Shown: positions 51,083-61,945, counted from the whole stretch's first letter. The stretch is 61,945 nt of DNA, filler included, from 10 parts of 10 records of this genome joined end to end with filler, not necessarily neighbours in it, one strand, 5' to 3'. A program made the numbers and translations. Notes: generated from the sequence alone by a model not told the origin.

Positions 51083-53305
51083 CACGGGGAATTGGGGGGA
51101 CAATCGGACCAGGAAATATAGCATCATCAGGAGCACCAAACCCAAACCGACACAAACCCCTTTGTACCCATAACGGTCAAACCCTTTTGAAAACCGTCCT
51201 CTGACGGTTGCTATCCAGGGATATAGGGTCAGAAACAGGATCGCCATCACCGATAGCAACGCACCCAGATAGTCGGGCCAGGTTCGTCCATAATAGAGCC
51301 GAACGACGGTTTTCTCGGGATAGATCAGCATGAATGCGGGCGATACCCGATAGATTTGATCCGCCCCTTCCACCTTCCAGTTGGGGTGATAGGATATCTT
51401 GATCAGAAGGGGTTTTCCGGGTGACGCGTTTTCAATGACAATTTCATCCTCTCCAACCGTCTCCCGGATCGGACCGGACGGCTCCAAAGACACCTTGGGA
51501 AGTATCCTCACGTCGGGATCCTTCAGGAAATGAAACCTGTTACGGTCCTTTTGATCCCCCTTGTCCTTGAACACCAGCGGGACGGATAGATCCCCCAGGC
51601 GGAACCATCGGTAGGACAATTTGCGCCAGCCCTCAATCGGGACCATAACGGGCTTATGGGTCAACGGCTCCACATATTTTCCCGAATTCCCCCTGACCCG
51701 ATGTACTTCGTAGGGACCGGCCCGGTAGGCGAAATCAAACAAGGGGGAGGTTGTAGCGGCTTGAATGGTCTCCGGCTCCACCAGAACAACTTCACCCACG
51801 TTGAAGAGTTTCAGGTGTTCATGGGCTTTTTCAAGATTAAACCGGGAATAGTTGTAATCGGGGATGGGTGTGGAAGGTTTCTGAGACATTTCCGATTGCA
51901 CATAGAAGATAAAGGGGACCGAGAGACTCCCTTGAATGTAAACCCCCTCCAGGGTGGATCTGCCTGAAAAAAGCGGCAGGTTTTCAAAAGCCCGCACCGT
52001 GCCCGCCCCCTGATGCCGCATGCTGTGCTCATAAACGACCCTTGGATCATTTACGTCGCCCCTCAAAAATTCATTGATTGCGTAAAAAGACTTCCACAGG
52101 CCCTTTGCCTCAAAACCTGCGTAGTTGGATTGGGCCCAGTTCCTGCTGATGGTCTCCCGACTGTCCACCCACAGAAACGTGAGCAACATGACCACCAGAA
52201 CGCCCAGCATTTTCCGGACGCGGGAAATGGAAATGAGTGACCAGGCAAAAGCCCCTCCCATAACCAGGAAAAACTGAAAAAAGGGGAGAAAACGGATATC
52301 CACAAGACCCAGCCGGTATCCCATAAAGTACAGGGCCAGGCCGGAAAAGGCGATAAACCAGACGTAAACCAAAGGTCCGGGCAACCGATCCGAACGAACC
52401 TCCTTTCGAGAAAAAAACATCCACACGGTTCCTAGCAGGGCACAGGTTATGAATGGATAGAGGATAACGGGCAAAACCTCCCTCAGAATCTGTTTCCAGC
52501 TGAAAAAGATCCACAGGATACTGAACCGGGTGGTATGGGGAAGAAATGCCATCAGGGGAATCAACCAGAACCCCATGAGGCAGAATGCCAGGGCATTCAT
52601 CAACAGCAGCCGTTTCAGATTTGATTTAAACTCCTTTAAGGAGATGAGGAAAAACAGGGAGGAAAACAACACCGCCAGAAGGGTATACCCGTGGCACAAC
52701 CCCACAAAAGCCAGCACAACGGCGCAGATTCGAAGCCCTTTGTTTTCAGACATGACCCGATACAAAAGACCCAGCCACAAAACCGCCAGGGAAAACCCTA
52801 AGCTGTAACAGAATGTACCGGCCAGGGTGCTGGGGATATTGCCGCCCCACATGGAATTGCCTTCCATAAAGAGAAACGAAAGGGAAAAAAGAGCACCCGT
52901 GATGGGTATGGGAAACGGCTGTTTGAGAAGACGAAAGAAAAGATATGTGCAAGGCGGAAGAAGGAAGGTGCCCAGTACGGTGGTCAGTTTAAAGGCAATC
53001 TGCAACGGCATTACCCACGACAATACCGTCATAATCAGAAACGGCAGGGGGAAATAGTTCTGGAGCATGGGAAAACCCGCCAGATTTCCCTGGCACCACC
53101 CGGAGATCTTCCCACCCGGCAGCAGATGGTCTTTCAAATACTGAGCTGTGTAATAATGGGACCCCGTATCCCCGCCCGTGGTAATGGTTTTTGAAAAAAG
53201 GGAGGATGGTTCAAAATAACAGAGGAGAAAAGCGACGATTCCCCCCATCATCAGGAGATCAAAGGCTATTCTCCATTTTTTACCGCCCTCTTCCCTTGTC
53301 ATCAT
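51083..53305 (-). CDS. Multi-pass membrane protein, PTPS-related / GT-C glycosyltransferase-like (3' truncated)
   Basis: TM1 then TTGGDTGSHYY, GW.....AGFP..Q.YFPLP, many TM segments, large periplasmic domain ending KISYHPNWKV. Confidence 0.75.
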
Positions 53306-53628
53306 TTCCTATATATCAAACCTTGAAGTTCTCACACTCACACTCAAATTGAAAGTGCAAAAGACTATCCACAGTCACCAACTGTGTCAACCAAAAGCAC
53401 GGGGATCGTAAAAATTTCAATGCAAATATTTCATAAATTATAAAATCCAGTGATTTAACACATGATTTACTTTCAGAATTCCTGAAAAAAAACTTGACAT
53501 AAGTCGTTATTTTAAGATTAGATAATCGGAATTCGTTTGTTCGGCGCCATACAATTTCCCGTACCTCTCTAAATGTAAATGGGGACCCGTTAAAAAATTA
53601 GTCAGCCAATACTTTTTCAGGTGATCAT

Positions 53629-55401
53629 GTGAAATCCGATGATATTAAGGGTATGGATGCTACCTGCATATTTCGACCTCACCACCGAATTAGAACCGCC
53701 GCCTTGGTGACAATCTTAGCCCTTTTGGGAATGGTATCACAGGTTTCAGGATCTCCCACCGAAATGCAGGAACCTTTGCAATCCCAAGCGGGCGGGCATA
53801 TCGATTTAGACAAAATATTCTTCATCAAAAATTCCCATGCCGCAGCCGATGCCCCTGTTTCAAACCCCTCCGTCAGCCGGCCAAAACCGAAAACAAACAA
53901 AGAAACATCCTCAGCCATGGACATTTTCATGGATGGCGTCGATGCTCTGGATATGCAAAACTTTGAGGAAGCAGCCGGACTGTTTGAAAAAGCGGCCGCC
54001 ATGGAGCCTCAAAACCTGGAACATCGGTATTATGTGGGAGTCGCCTACGTGCGGCTCAAGAAAAACCGTGAGGCCCTGGAAATATTTGAATCCCTGATAG
54101 CAAAAGATTCAAAGCTTTTTTTCAAAGCCTATTTCGACATGGCCGCCATTTACAGCAGCGAGAAAAAATATGAAAAAGCCATTGCAACCCTTCAAAAAGC
54201 CGGGGAGATCGAACCCGAGAGCGGTCGCGTGTTTCTGGATATGGGCTACGCCTATAAGGATTCGGGCAATTACGGCCAGGCCATTAAGTGCTTCAGCCGG
54301 GCAAAGGAACTGGATCCCCAATTAAACCAGATATCGGTCTATATGACCGGCGCCACCTACCTTGAGGAAGAACGGTTCGACCAGGCCGCGCAAAAGTTTA
54401 AAGAAGCACTTGAACTGGATCCCGAAACACCCCTGGCGGAAAGCGCACGGCAAACCATCCCCCGGGTTGAAGAAGCCGCCTGGGGCCGCAAACCGTGGTA
54501 CCTGATCACCTCCTTCAACTGGGGCTATGACGACAATGTGGCCCGGGACCCCTTGCAAGAAGTCTCCGGAGGGCCCGTCACCGGCGGTACCGGCAAAGGG
54601 GATCAGTACCAGACTTTTTTCCTGAGGAGCGGTTATAAATTTCTAAACCTTAAAGACTATGAAGCAGGTGTGGGCTATACGCTGTTTTCTCTGGGGTACC
54701 GGGACTGGACGGACAGCAATGTAACAAGTCACAGTCCCCATGCGTACTTTCAGGCGGACTGGAACCCTGTTTTTTTCCGATTTCAATATGATTTCACCTA
54801 TTTTTATTCCGGTGGAAAAAAACAGGGGATCAATCCCCCCATCTATCTGACCTTTGCCAACAACTCCTATGCCAGGCTTCGCATGCACAGCTTCATGCCC
54901 ACCATCACCATCCTTGAGCCGTATGATCTGAGGACCGATATCAACCTGATTTATCAAATTAAGGACTATCTGGACGGTGTGACGGGTGACTCCTCCCGCT
55001 ACGCCGCGGACATTACCCAATCCTACCAAATTCCCGGCACCCAGTGCCTGCCCAGAATCGGATATCGAACCGCTTACGAACCATCAGGCGACGACCCTTC
55101 CACCTACAGCTACCACGAGTTGATGGCCGGGATCGCGTCCAACCTTTATTGGGATATATGGGGAGATCTCTCTTTTGCCTACATGCGGACTCATTACCCT
55201 GATTTCAGTACCAGCGGCGGCCGCAGGGACAGCACCTATACCACGGTTTTTTCCCTGAAGCGTTATCTTGTGGAACGGCTCCTCCTCTCCTTTTCATATA
55301 TACATATCAAAAATGATTCCGATTATATTTCGACGAATGGTGAAGATCTCTACACGTTCCGGAAAAACGTATATTCGCTTGAAATTACATATGTGTTTTA
55401 A
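53629..55401 (+). CDS. TPR-repeat plus C-terminal outer-membrane beta-barrel protein (Slam/DUF560-like architecture)
   Basis: Signal-like hydrophobic segment, several TPRs, then GYDDNV, alternating aromatic strands and terminal LEITYVF. Confidence 0.75.
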   Translation: MKSDDIKGMDATCIFRPHHRIRTAALVTILALLGMVSQVSGSPTEMQEPLQSQAGGHIDLDKIFFIKNSHAAADAPVSNPSVSRPKPKTNKETSSAMDIFMDGVDALDMQNFEEAAGLFEKAAAMEPQNLEHRYYVGVAYVRLKKNREALEIFESLIAKDSKLFFKAYFDMAAIYSSEKKYEKAIATLQKAGEIEPESGRVFLDMGYAYKDSGNYGQAIKCFSRAKELDPQLNQISVYMTGATYLEEERFDQAAQKFKEALELDPETPLAESARQTIPRVEEAAWGRKPWYLITSFNWGYDDNVARDPLQEVSGGPVTGGTGKGDQYQTFFLRSGYKFLNLKDYEAGVGYTLFSLGYRDWTDSNVTSHSPHAYFQADWNPVFFRFQYDFTYFYSGGKKQGINPPIYLTFANNSYARLRMHSFMPTITILEPYDLRTDINLIYQIKDYLDGVTGDSSRYAADITQSYQIPGTQCLPRIGYRTAYEPSGDDPSTYSYHELMAGIASNLYWDIWGDLSFAYMRTHYPDFSTSGGRRDSTYTTVFSLKRYLVERLLLSFSYIHIKNDSDYISTNGEDLYTFRKNVYSLEITYVF

Positions 55402-55496
55402 TTTTTTGTACGTAAAAGCAACAGAACCAACCGCCATCAAAAAGGTAAAATACCATGGTGATCAATATGCCCACATGGGGCTCAACCCATCATAAA

Positions 55497-56504
55497 ATGA
55501 AACGCGGAATCTCTTTTTCTATCCTGATATTGGCGATCCTTTGCCCCATATCCGCCCTTGCCAACGATGTGATCGGTGAAATCAAGCGTATCAAAGGCTC
55601 TGCAACCGTATCCAGGGAAGGCGTTTTAAAACCGCTGAAGGCGACCCAGGGCATGCTGCTGTTTTTGCACGACCAACTCAAAACCGGACCGGATTCAAGG
55701 CTCCGCTTGGTTTTCAAAGACGGAAGCTACATGACCATGGGTGCAAAAGCGGATCTACATCTGGACCGGTTTGAATTCGATGCCAAAAAAAAGGAGCGAA
55801 AAGCCGAATTCCGGGTGACGATCGGCAAGTTCAAAGTTTTTGCGAAAGACCTGATGAAATTTAAGAAACGGGCTTTTCAGGTAAAAACCCCCACCGCCGT
55901 TATCGGTGTTCGCGGCACCGTTTATCTGGTCTGGGTCGTGGATCAGACCATTACCAAGGTTCTTTGTTTTCAAGGGGCACTGGATGTGCGCAATCAATTC
56001 GATCCATCTCAATATATCAATCTGACCAAAGGCCTGGCCACCGATATTATTAAGAACCTGCCGCCTTCGAAACCGGTCCTGTTGAACGAAAGACAGATGC
56101 AGGAGCTTCAGAAATCCCTCGGGGAAACCACCACAACCGAAACAACGGTTGAGGAGACGACGGAAGAATCAACCACCACCGTGGCCACCACCACCGAGCC
56201 TTCGACGACCGAGGCGACGACGACCGCACCAACCACCACCGAGGCCACAACAACGGTCCCATCAACGACAACCGCCACCACCACAATACCCGAAACAACC
56301 ACGACGACTCAGCCGTCCGTCAAGGCCATGGGAGCGGAAGCGCCTTCCACCTCAACGACCAGTTCAACCACGACCATGCCCACGACGACCTCTACCACAT
56401 CAACAACGACATCTGGATCCACCACCACGTCAACAACAACCACCACCTCGCCGACGACGACCACAACGACCACTACTACAACCACCACTACAACCACCAC
56501 TACA
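55497..56504 (+). CDS. Secreted FecR-domain protein with Thr-rich mucin-like tail (3' truncated)
   Basis: Signal peptide (ISALA-ND), D.LKTGPDSR..L.F.DGS, VKTPTAVIGVRGT FecR signature, then more than 120 aa dominated by Thr. Confidence 0.85.
56127..56504 (+). repeat. ACN-codon low-complexity repeat (poly-Thr/Ser)
   Basis: Runs of ACC/ACA/ACG/ACT up to the contig break. Confidence 0.9.
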
Positions 56505-56604
56505 NNNNNNNNNNNNNNNNNNNNNNNNNNNNNNNNNNNNNNNNNNNNTTAATTAATTAANNNNNNNNNNNNNNNNNNNNNNNNNNNNNNNNNNNNNNNN
56601 NNNN
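56505..56604. other. Artificial contig spacer
   Basis: N44-TTAATTAATTAA-N44. Confidence 0.98.
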
Positions 56605-57147
56605 CCCCAGCGGCAGTATGATCCGGACAAGGCCAAATTTCACCTAAAAAAGGCGGGACTGGCCGACGAGACCTTTCCCCTGCATACATCGGACCTGAAT
56701 ACCATTTACCTGGATATCGTAACCCTGTTCAAGGAGCAGGCCCGGAAAGCCGGCCTCAAGATCCGGCTGGTCAAGGAACCGGCGGACGGGTACTGGAGCA
56801 ACGTCTGGATCAAAAAGCCCTTCTGCAACTGCCACTGGGCATCCCGCCCCACGGCCGACATGATGCTTTCCGTGGCCTACACAAGCCAGGCAAAGTGGAA
56901 CGACACCCATTTCAGCAGCGCCCGCCTGGACGAGCTGGTCAAAACCGCCCGGGCCGAGCTGGACACAGCCAGACGCCGGGAGGCATACGCCGAATGCCAG
57001 CAGATCATCCGGGACGAGGGCGGCACCATTGTCCCCTGTTTCAAGGATTATCTCGAGGCCGCCAGCACAAAAGTCAAGCATGGTCCCATCTCTGGACTGT
57101 TGGAAACCGATGCCCACCGGGCCGCGGAGCGCTGGTGGTTTGCATGA
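56605..57147 (+). CDS. ABC transporter substrate-binding protein (family 5), C-terminal part
   Basis: Frame from the edge: PQRQYDPDKAKFHLKKAG...DGYWSNVW.KKPF...WNDTHF...ERWWFA. Confidence 0.88.
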   Translation, partial: PQRQYDPDKAKFHLKKAGLADETFPLHTSDLNTIYLDIVTLFKEQARKAGLKIRLVKEPADGYWSNVWIKKPFCNCHWASRPTADMMLSVAYTSQAKWNDTHFSSARLDELVKTARAELDTARRREAYAECQQIIRDEGGTIVPCFKDYLEAASTKVKHGPISGLLETDAHRAAERWWFA

Positions 57148-57184
57148 TCAGCCGGAAGAATGAATCACAGTTTAAGGATTTACC

Positions 57185-58141
57185 ATGAATGATATGACCC
57201 AAACCATTTTTAAACGGATCGGCCAGAGCATTGTCACCCTGCTGGTGATCTCCATCCTCATCTTTGCCGGTGTGGAAGCGCTGCCCGGCGACCTTGCCGA
57301 ATCCGTTCTCGGCCAGAACGCCCTGCCCGAGACCGTGGAGGCCTTTCGCAAGGAGCTGAAACTGGACCTGCCGCCCCATGTGCGGTACGTCTCCTGGCTG
57401 GCGGACTTTGTCCACGGGGACCTGGGAAACTCCCTGGCCAACGACCGCCCCATCTCCGACCTCATCGGATGGCGCCTTTCCAACACGCTTTTCCTGGCCG
57501 TGGCCGCAGCCCTGGTGTCGGTGCCCCTGGCCATTGTCCTGGGCATTCTTGCGGCCCTTTACCGCAACACCCTTTTTGACCGGATCATCTCCATGCTCAC
57601 CCTGAGCACGATTTCGTTTCCGGAATTTTTCATCGCCTACATCCTCATCGCTTTGGTGTCGGTGAAACTGCCGCTCTTTCCCAGCATCGCCACCCTGGAC
57701 GACCACATGTCCCTGGCCGGGAAACTCTACACCATCGCCCTGCCCTGCCTGACCCTGACCATGGTGGTGCTGGCCCACATGATGCGCCAGACCCGGGCGG
57801 CAATCATCAATGTCCTGGCCAGCCCCTACATCGAAATGGCCCGGCTCAAGGGGATGAGCCGGCTGCGTGTCGTGGTGCTCCACGCCTTTCCCAACGTGCT
57901 CTCCCCGGTCATCAATGTCGTGGCCCTGAACATGGCCTATCTGGTGGTGGGGGTTGTGATCGTAGAGGTGGTGTTTGTCTACCCGGGCCTCGGGCAGCTG
58001 CTGGTGGATTCGGTGGCCAAGCGGGACCTGCCCGTTGTGCAGGCAAGCGGACTGATCTTCGCCTCGGTTTACATCAGCCTGAACCTCCTGGCCGACCTGT
58101 TGTCCATTGCCTGCAACCCCCGCTTGAGGAATCCCCGTTAA
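57185..58141 (+). CDS. Peptide/nickel ABC permease (DppB-like)
   Basis: LPGD.A, GDLGNS, YIEMARLKG EAA loop, RDLPVVQ. Confidence 0.92.
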   Translation: MNDMTQTIFKRIGQSIVTLLVISILIFAGVEALPGDLAESVLGQNALPETVEAFRKELKLDLPPHVRYVSWLADFVHGDLGNSLANDRPISDLIGWRLSNTLFLAVAAALVSVPLAIVLGILAALYRNTLFDRIISMLTLSTISFPEFFIAYILIALVSVKLPLFPSIATLDDHMSLAGKLYTIALPCLTLTMVVLAHMMRQTRAAIINVLASPYIEMARLKGMSRLRVVVLHAFPNVLSPVINVVALNMAYLVVGVVIVEVVFVYPGLGQLLVDSVAKRDLPVVQASGLIFASVYISLNLLADLLSIACNPRLRNPR

Positions 58142-58154
58142 GGAAATAAACTGT

Positions 58155-58982
58155 ATGAGATCATTGACGCAATTCATTCAAAAAGCCCCCTGGAGCGCCC
58201 GGATCGGTGTTGTTCTGCTGGTGCTGAACATCGCCGTCGCCTGCCTGGCCCCCGTGATAAGCCCCTACGGTGAAACGGAAATCGCCGGCGACGTATGGGA
58301 AGAGATGAGCCCGGCCCATCCCCTGGGCACCGATCACCTGGGACGGGACCTGCTGTCCCGGCTCATGTACGGGGCGCGCAACACCATCGGCCTGGCCCTT
58401 ACGATAACCTTTCTTTCGTTCACCGTCGGCGCCCTTGGCGGCTTTACGGCCGCCACCCTGGGCGGATGGTTCGACATCCTGATGAGCCGGGCCGTGGATA
58501 TCATCATGTCCTTTCCCACCCTCATCTTCGCCCTCATGGTACTGTCAGTGGTGGGAACCTCCATTCCGTCGCTCATCGGGGTCATTGCCGTCCTGGACGC
58601 CACCCGGGTCTTCCGGCTTTCCCGGGCCGTGGCCATGGACATCAACGTGATGGAATTTGTTGAAGCGGCCCGGCTTCGCGGTGAAAAGACAGGGTGGATA
58701 ATGACCCGGGAGATCCTGCCCAACGCCCTGCCGCCCCTGGTGGCCGAGTTCGGTCTCCGGTTCTGCTTCGTATTCCTGTTCATCGCAAGCCTCAGCTTCC
58801 TGGGACTGGGCATTCAGCCCCCAACAGCAGACTGGGGAAGCATGGTAAGGGAAAACGCAGGGGCCATCACCTTCGGCATTTTCACGCCCCTCTGGCCGGC
58901 CGCTGCCATTGCAGTGATAACCATCGGAGTCAACCTGATCGTGGACTGGTTTCTTCAGCTTGCAAGCGGGTTGAAGGAATAA
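58155..58982 (+). CDS. Peptide/nickel ABC permease (DppC-like)
   Basis: LGTDHLGRDLLSR, FVEAARLRGE, LSFLGLGIQPP..DWG. Confidence 0.92.
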   Translation: MRSLTQFIQKAPWSARIGVVLLVLNIAVACLAPVISPYGETEIAGDVWEEMSPAHPLGTDHLGRDLLSRLMYGARNTIGLALTITFLSFTVGALGGFTAATLGGWFDILMSRAVDIIMSFPTLIFALMVLSVVGTSIPSLIGVIAVLDATRVFRLSRAVAMDINVMEFVEAARLRGEKTGWIMTREILPNALPPLVAEFGLRFCFVFLFIASLSFLGLGIQPPTADWGSMVRENAGAITFGIFTPLWPAAAIAVITIGVNLIVDWFLQLASGLKE

Positions 58983-59005
58983 ATCAGCTAAGGAGAGAAA
59001 CACCC

Positions 59006-60634
59006 ATGAAGGAACTTTTACATATCAGCGGCCTCAATATCGAAGGCTTCAACCACAACCGATGGACAAGCATTGTCAAGAACGTCGACCTGACACTGAA
59101 ACGGGGCGAGGTCCTCGGGCTCATCGGCGAATCCGGGGCCGGAAAATCCACCATCGGGCTTGCGTCCATGGGATATACCCGCCAGGGATGCCGCATCGCT
59201 TTGGGTTCCGTTTTTTTCGACGGCATGGAGCTCAGCACGGCGTCCGAGGCTGTCAAGCAACGCATACGGGGAACCCGCATCGCCTATGTGGCCCAAAGTG
59301 CGGCCGCCTCGTTCAACCCGGCCCACCGCCTGATCAAACAATATGCGGAAACACCGGTCACCCACGGCCTGATGAACCTGGCCCAGGCGGAAAAAGAGGC
59401 CGTTGAAAATTACAGACGCCTCCTGCTGCCCGACCCCGAAGGCATCGGATTTCGCTATCCCCATCAGGTGTCCGGCGGCCAGCTCCAACGGGCCATGGTG
59501 GCCATGGCCATGGCCTGCAAACCCGATATCATCGTGTTTGACGAACCCACAACCGCCCTTGACGTGACCACCCAGATCGAAGTGCTCAACGCCATCAAAC
59601 GCATCACCCGCCACTTCAATACCGCCGCCCTGTACATCACCCATGACCTGGCCGTGGTCGCCCAGCTGGCCGACAGGATCATGGTGCTCAGGAACGGGGA
59701 ACAGGTGGAGGAAAACAACACACGGGACCTGCTGGACCATCCCAGGGAGTCCTACACCCGGAAGCTTCTTACCGTCCGCAGCCGGAGGCCCGAGAAAAAA
59801 CCGGTGCTCTCGCGCCGAAATGTTATTGTCGAAGTCAATGGGGTATCGGCCGGGTACGACAAAAAGGAACGGGTGCTCGATGATATCGATTTGAAAATCC
59901 GCCGGGCCCAGACCGTGGCCCTGGTCGGGGAATCCGGAAGCGGTAAAAGCACCCTGGCCCGGGTCCTCACCGGCCTCCTGCCCCCGTCCAGGGGGAAGAT
60001 ACTCTTCCAGGGCCGGCCCCTGCCGCCCGGTTACCGCTCCCGGGACCGGGAGAGCCTGAGAAAGATCCAGATGGTCTACCAGATGGCGGAAACCGCCCTC
60101 AACCCCAAACAGACCATCGAAACCGCCATCGGCCGCCCCATGTCCCTGTACTTTAACACATCGCACGGGGAGAGGCGGAAACAAGTGCTGACGCTCCTGG
60201 ACCGCATCGAGCTGCCGGCAAGCTATATCAACCGGTACCCCGGAGAGCTGTCCGGCGGAGAAAAACAGCGGGTCTGCATCGCCCGTGCCCTGGCCGCCAG
60301 ACCTGAACTCGTGATCTGCGACGAGGTGACCTCCGCCCTGGACAACCTGGTGGGCGAAGAGATCCTCAAGCTGCTGCAGAATCTGCAAAATGACCTGGGC
60401 GTCTCCTATCTGTTCATCACCCATGACCTGGCCACGGTAAAGGTCATCGCCGATGAGGTGGTTGTCATGCTGAAGGGAAAAATCGTTGAAAAGGGCTCCG
60501 CTAAAAGTGTCCTCACCCGGCCGGACCACGACTATACGAAACGGCTGCTGGCCTCGGTTCCGGAGATGGATCCCGACTGGCTGGACACCCTTCAGGGAAA
60601 GCGGAAGAACTCCAGGTCCAAGGAAGCGGCCTGA
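59006..60634 (+). CDS. Fused double ABC ATPase (DppD/F-like)
   Basis: Two Walker A motifs (GESGAGKS, GESGSGKS) and two SGG signatures; AAGGAG RBS before ATG 59006. Confidence 0.93.
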   Translation: MKELLHISGLNIEGFNHNRWTSIVKNVDLTLKRGEVLGLIGESGAGKSTIGLASMGYTRQGCRIALGSVFFDGMELSTASEAVKQRIRGTRIAYVAQSAAASFNPAHRLIKQYAETPVTHGLMNLAQAEKEAVENYRRLLLPDPEGIGFRYPHQVSGGQLQRAMVAMAMACKPDIIVFDEPTTALDVTTQIEVLNAIKRITRHFNTAALYITHDLAVVAQLADRIMVLRNGEQVEENNTRDLLDHPRESYTRKLLTVRSRRPEKKPVLSRRNVIVEVNGVSAGYDKKERVLDDIDLKIRRAQTVALVGESGSGKSTLARVLTGLLPPSRGKILFQGRPLPPGYRSRDRESLRKIQMVYQMAETALNPKQTIETAIGRPMSLYFNTSHGERRKQVLTLLDRIELPASYINRYPGELSGGEKQRVCIARALAARPELVICDEVTSALDNLVGEEILKLLQNLQNDLGVSYLFITHDLATVKVIADEVVVMLKGKIVEKGSAKSVLTRPDHDYTKRLLASVPEMDPDWLDTLQGKRKNSRSKEAA

Positions 60635-60802
60635 CCACCGGAAGTGAGGATGGGATAAGAACTTGTTGTCCGGTCGGGTGAACTCTTCGGCTCCTGCCGT
60701 TGTGCCGGAGCCGAAGAGTGGTATTCAAAAGGGTTATTGAACAAATAACAGGCTTTCAGGCTTCACCGCCCGAATCGAGTTCACACACGCAAAAAAACTA
60801 AA

Positions 60803-61636
60803 TTACAAGCTCTTACACCAGACATTCATGGACTCAAGGCGGCCGCAAATGTTGGTGTTATTGATCAACCTGCCCGAGTATTCATAATTTCCCTTGGAAA
60901 AAAGCGAATTAATGCCGAAAGAACACGCCCGTGCAATCGTAAAAAAACACTTGATTCCCGCCTCGGCACAATCCTTTTCAAGGACCTGTAGCAATGCACC
61001 GGCAATGCCCGTTTTGCGATAATCGGGATTAACGGCGAAATCCGTCATCTCTGCGCTATGGCCGTCCGCGCTGGCTTCGGCAGAAGCGGCTCCAACGAGA
61101 ACATCTCCTTCAAACACGCCCCTGAAACGAACGCCCTCCCCCATTTCCTGCCGGATAAACCCGGGATCGGTTATGGGAAAGGGATACGTTTCGAAAGTCC
61201 GGCCGTAAAGATGCGCAAGCGCAGGCGCATCTTCCGGCCCCAGCCAGGCTGAATGAAAGCGGCCGGAAAGCGTCGAGGCATTCCCATTCCCTTTTTTACC
61301 TTCAGCCACCGAAAGAACACGATCAAGTTCCCCACGGTCGCCCTGCTCCTTTCGCCAGGGATAGCGGTAGAAACCCATAAAAAAACCATCTGCATCCGGA
61401 AACAGATTCGGCACCCGGGCTTCTTTTTCAAATCCGTTAGAAAGAAAAGGACCGGCCTGGGATTCGGGAATCTTGGCAAAGATCTTGGACAGGTCGTCGG
61501 CAACGGCCATATGTATCAGTTCATCGACAATTTCCGGACCATCTTCGGGGGATAACGTCATCAAATAGATACGGTCATTGAAAGCGCCCATCTGCACAGC
61601 ACTGTTGCCCACGGCGATGATGGAATCATACGACAT
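60803..61636 (-). CDS. ablB: Beta-lysine N-epsilon-acetyltransferase
   Basis: [53 protein letters not shown]; adjacent to a kamA/ablA fragment. Confidence 0.85.
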   Translation of the reverse strand: MSYDSIIAVGNSAVQMGAFNDRIYLMTLSPEDGPEIVDELIHMAVADDLSKIFAKIPESQAGPFLSNGFEKEARVPNLFPDADGFFMGFYRYPWRKEQGDRGELDRVLSVAEGKKGNGNASTLSGRFHSAWLGPEDAPALAHLYGRTFETYPFPITDPGFIRQEMGEGVRFRGVFEGDVLVGAASAEASADGHSAEMTDFAVNPDYRKTGIAGALLQVLEKDCAEAGIKCFFTIARACSFGINSLFSKGNYEYSGRLINNTNICGRLESMNVWCKSL

Positions 61637-61841
61637 TTGAATTCAGCTCCATTCTTTTATGCCCACGCAGGCTTTCAAGAATCTCGATTCCCTTGCCCAC
61701 CGGCGTACGGAAATGACTCAACCCTTCGGAAAGCTCGCACTGGTATAAGTAGTAGGGACGGACCCTGTTTTTGACCAACTGATGGTTCAAGGTTTTGATT
61801 AAACGCGGGCAGTCGTTGATACCGGCCAGCAACACACTCTG
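61626..61841 (-). pseudogene. ablA: Internal fragment of lysine 2,3-aminomutase
   Basis: [11 protein letters not shown]...[36 protein letters not shown]; in-frame TGA two codons upstream; C-terminal domain absent. Confidence 0.8.
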
Positions 61842-61860
61842 TAATCAGAAAAATACAGAC

Positions 61861-61945
61861 TTAAATAATACGCTTCCTGTCCTTCTCAGGCCAGATGAAC
61901 CCTTTTTTCTCGAGGTCTTCACGGCTCAACTCATCGAGTTCATGG
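61861..61945 (-). CDS. C-terminal tail of an unidentified gene (possibly mobile-element encoded)
   Basis: HELDELSREDLEKKGFIWPEKDRKRII*, truncated by the window end. Confidence 0.45.
   Translation of the reverse strand, partial: HELDELSREDLEKKGFIWPEKDRKRII

Noticed and set aside
61845-61847. TGA as selenocysteine extending ablA
   Set aside because: Sequence upstream of the TGA has no KamA similarity.

Overview
This window is not one locus. It is ten unrelated contigs joined by 100-nt artificial spacers (N44-TTAATTAATTAA-N44), and their base composition differs visibly, suggesting several source organisms. Contigs: (1) 1-5394, LolB/DUF4292-like lipoprotein, Mut7-C RNase, and a class III aminotransferase/methylmalonate-semialdehyde dehydrogenase operon. 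(2) 5495-11598, an AT-rich, Bacteroidota-like group II Mo-nitrogenase cluster nifH-I1-I2-D-K-E. (3) 11699-20234, GC-rich: an island end (toxin-antitoxin pair, two unknown genes, tRNA-Ser-like att), then a DHPS (sulfonate) catabolic region with hpsN, a LacI regulator, a BdhA-like SDR and a TTT transporter sharing a repeated operator. (4) An OYE flavoenzyme coupled to a GAF-PAS histidine kinase. (5) Two phosphatase genes around a decayed IS/PAS region. (6) PagL-like, DUF169, hydroxyacyl-CoA dehydrogenase, LysM-like and NUDIX genes. (7) TTT transporter plus sulfatase, APH-like kinase, M20 peptidase, mini-ParB, asnB. (8) TRAP transporter, FmdB, bioB. (9) A GT-C-like membrane protein divergent from a TPR/beta-barrel plus FecR-mucin pair. 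(10) A Dpp-type ABC transporter and ablB with a destroyed ablA. The best candidates for undescribed systems are the variant DHPS regulon (contig 3), the barrel/FecR-mucin/GT-C module (contig 9) and the OYE-kinase pair (contig 4). All family assignments come from motif recognition by eye; no searches were run.
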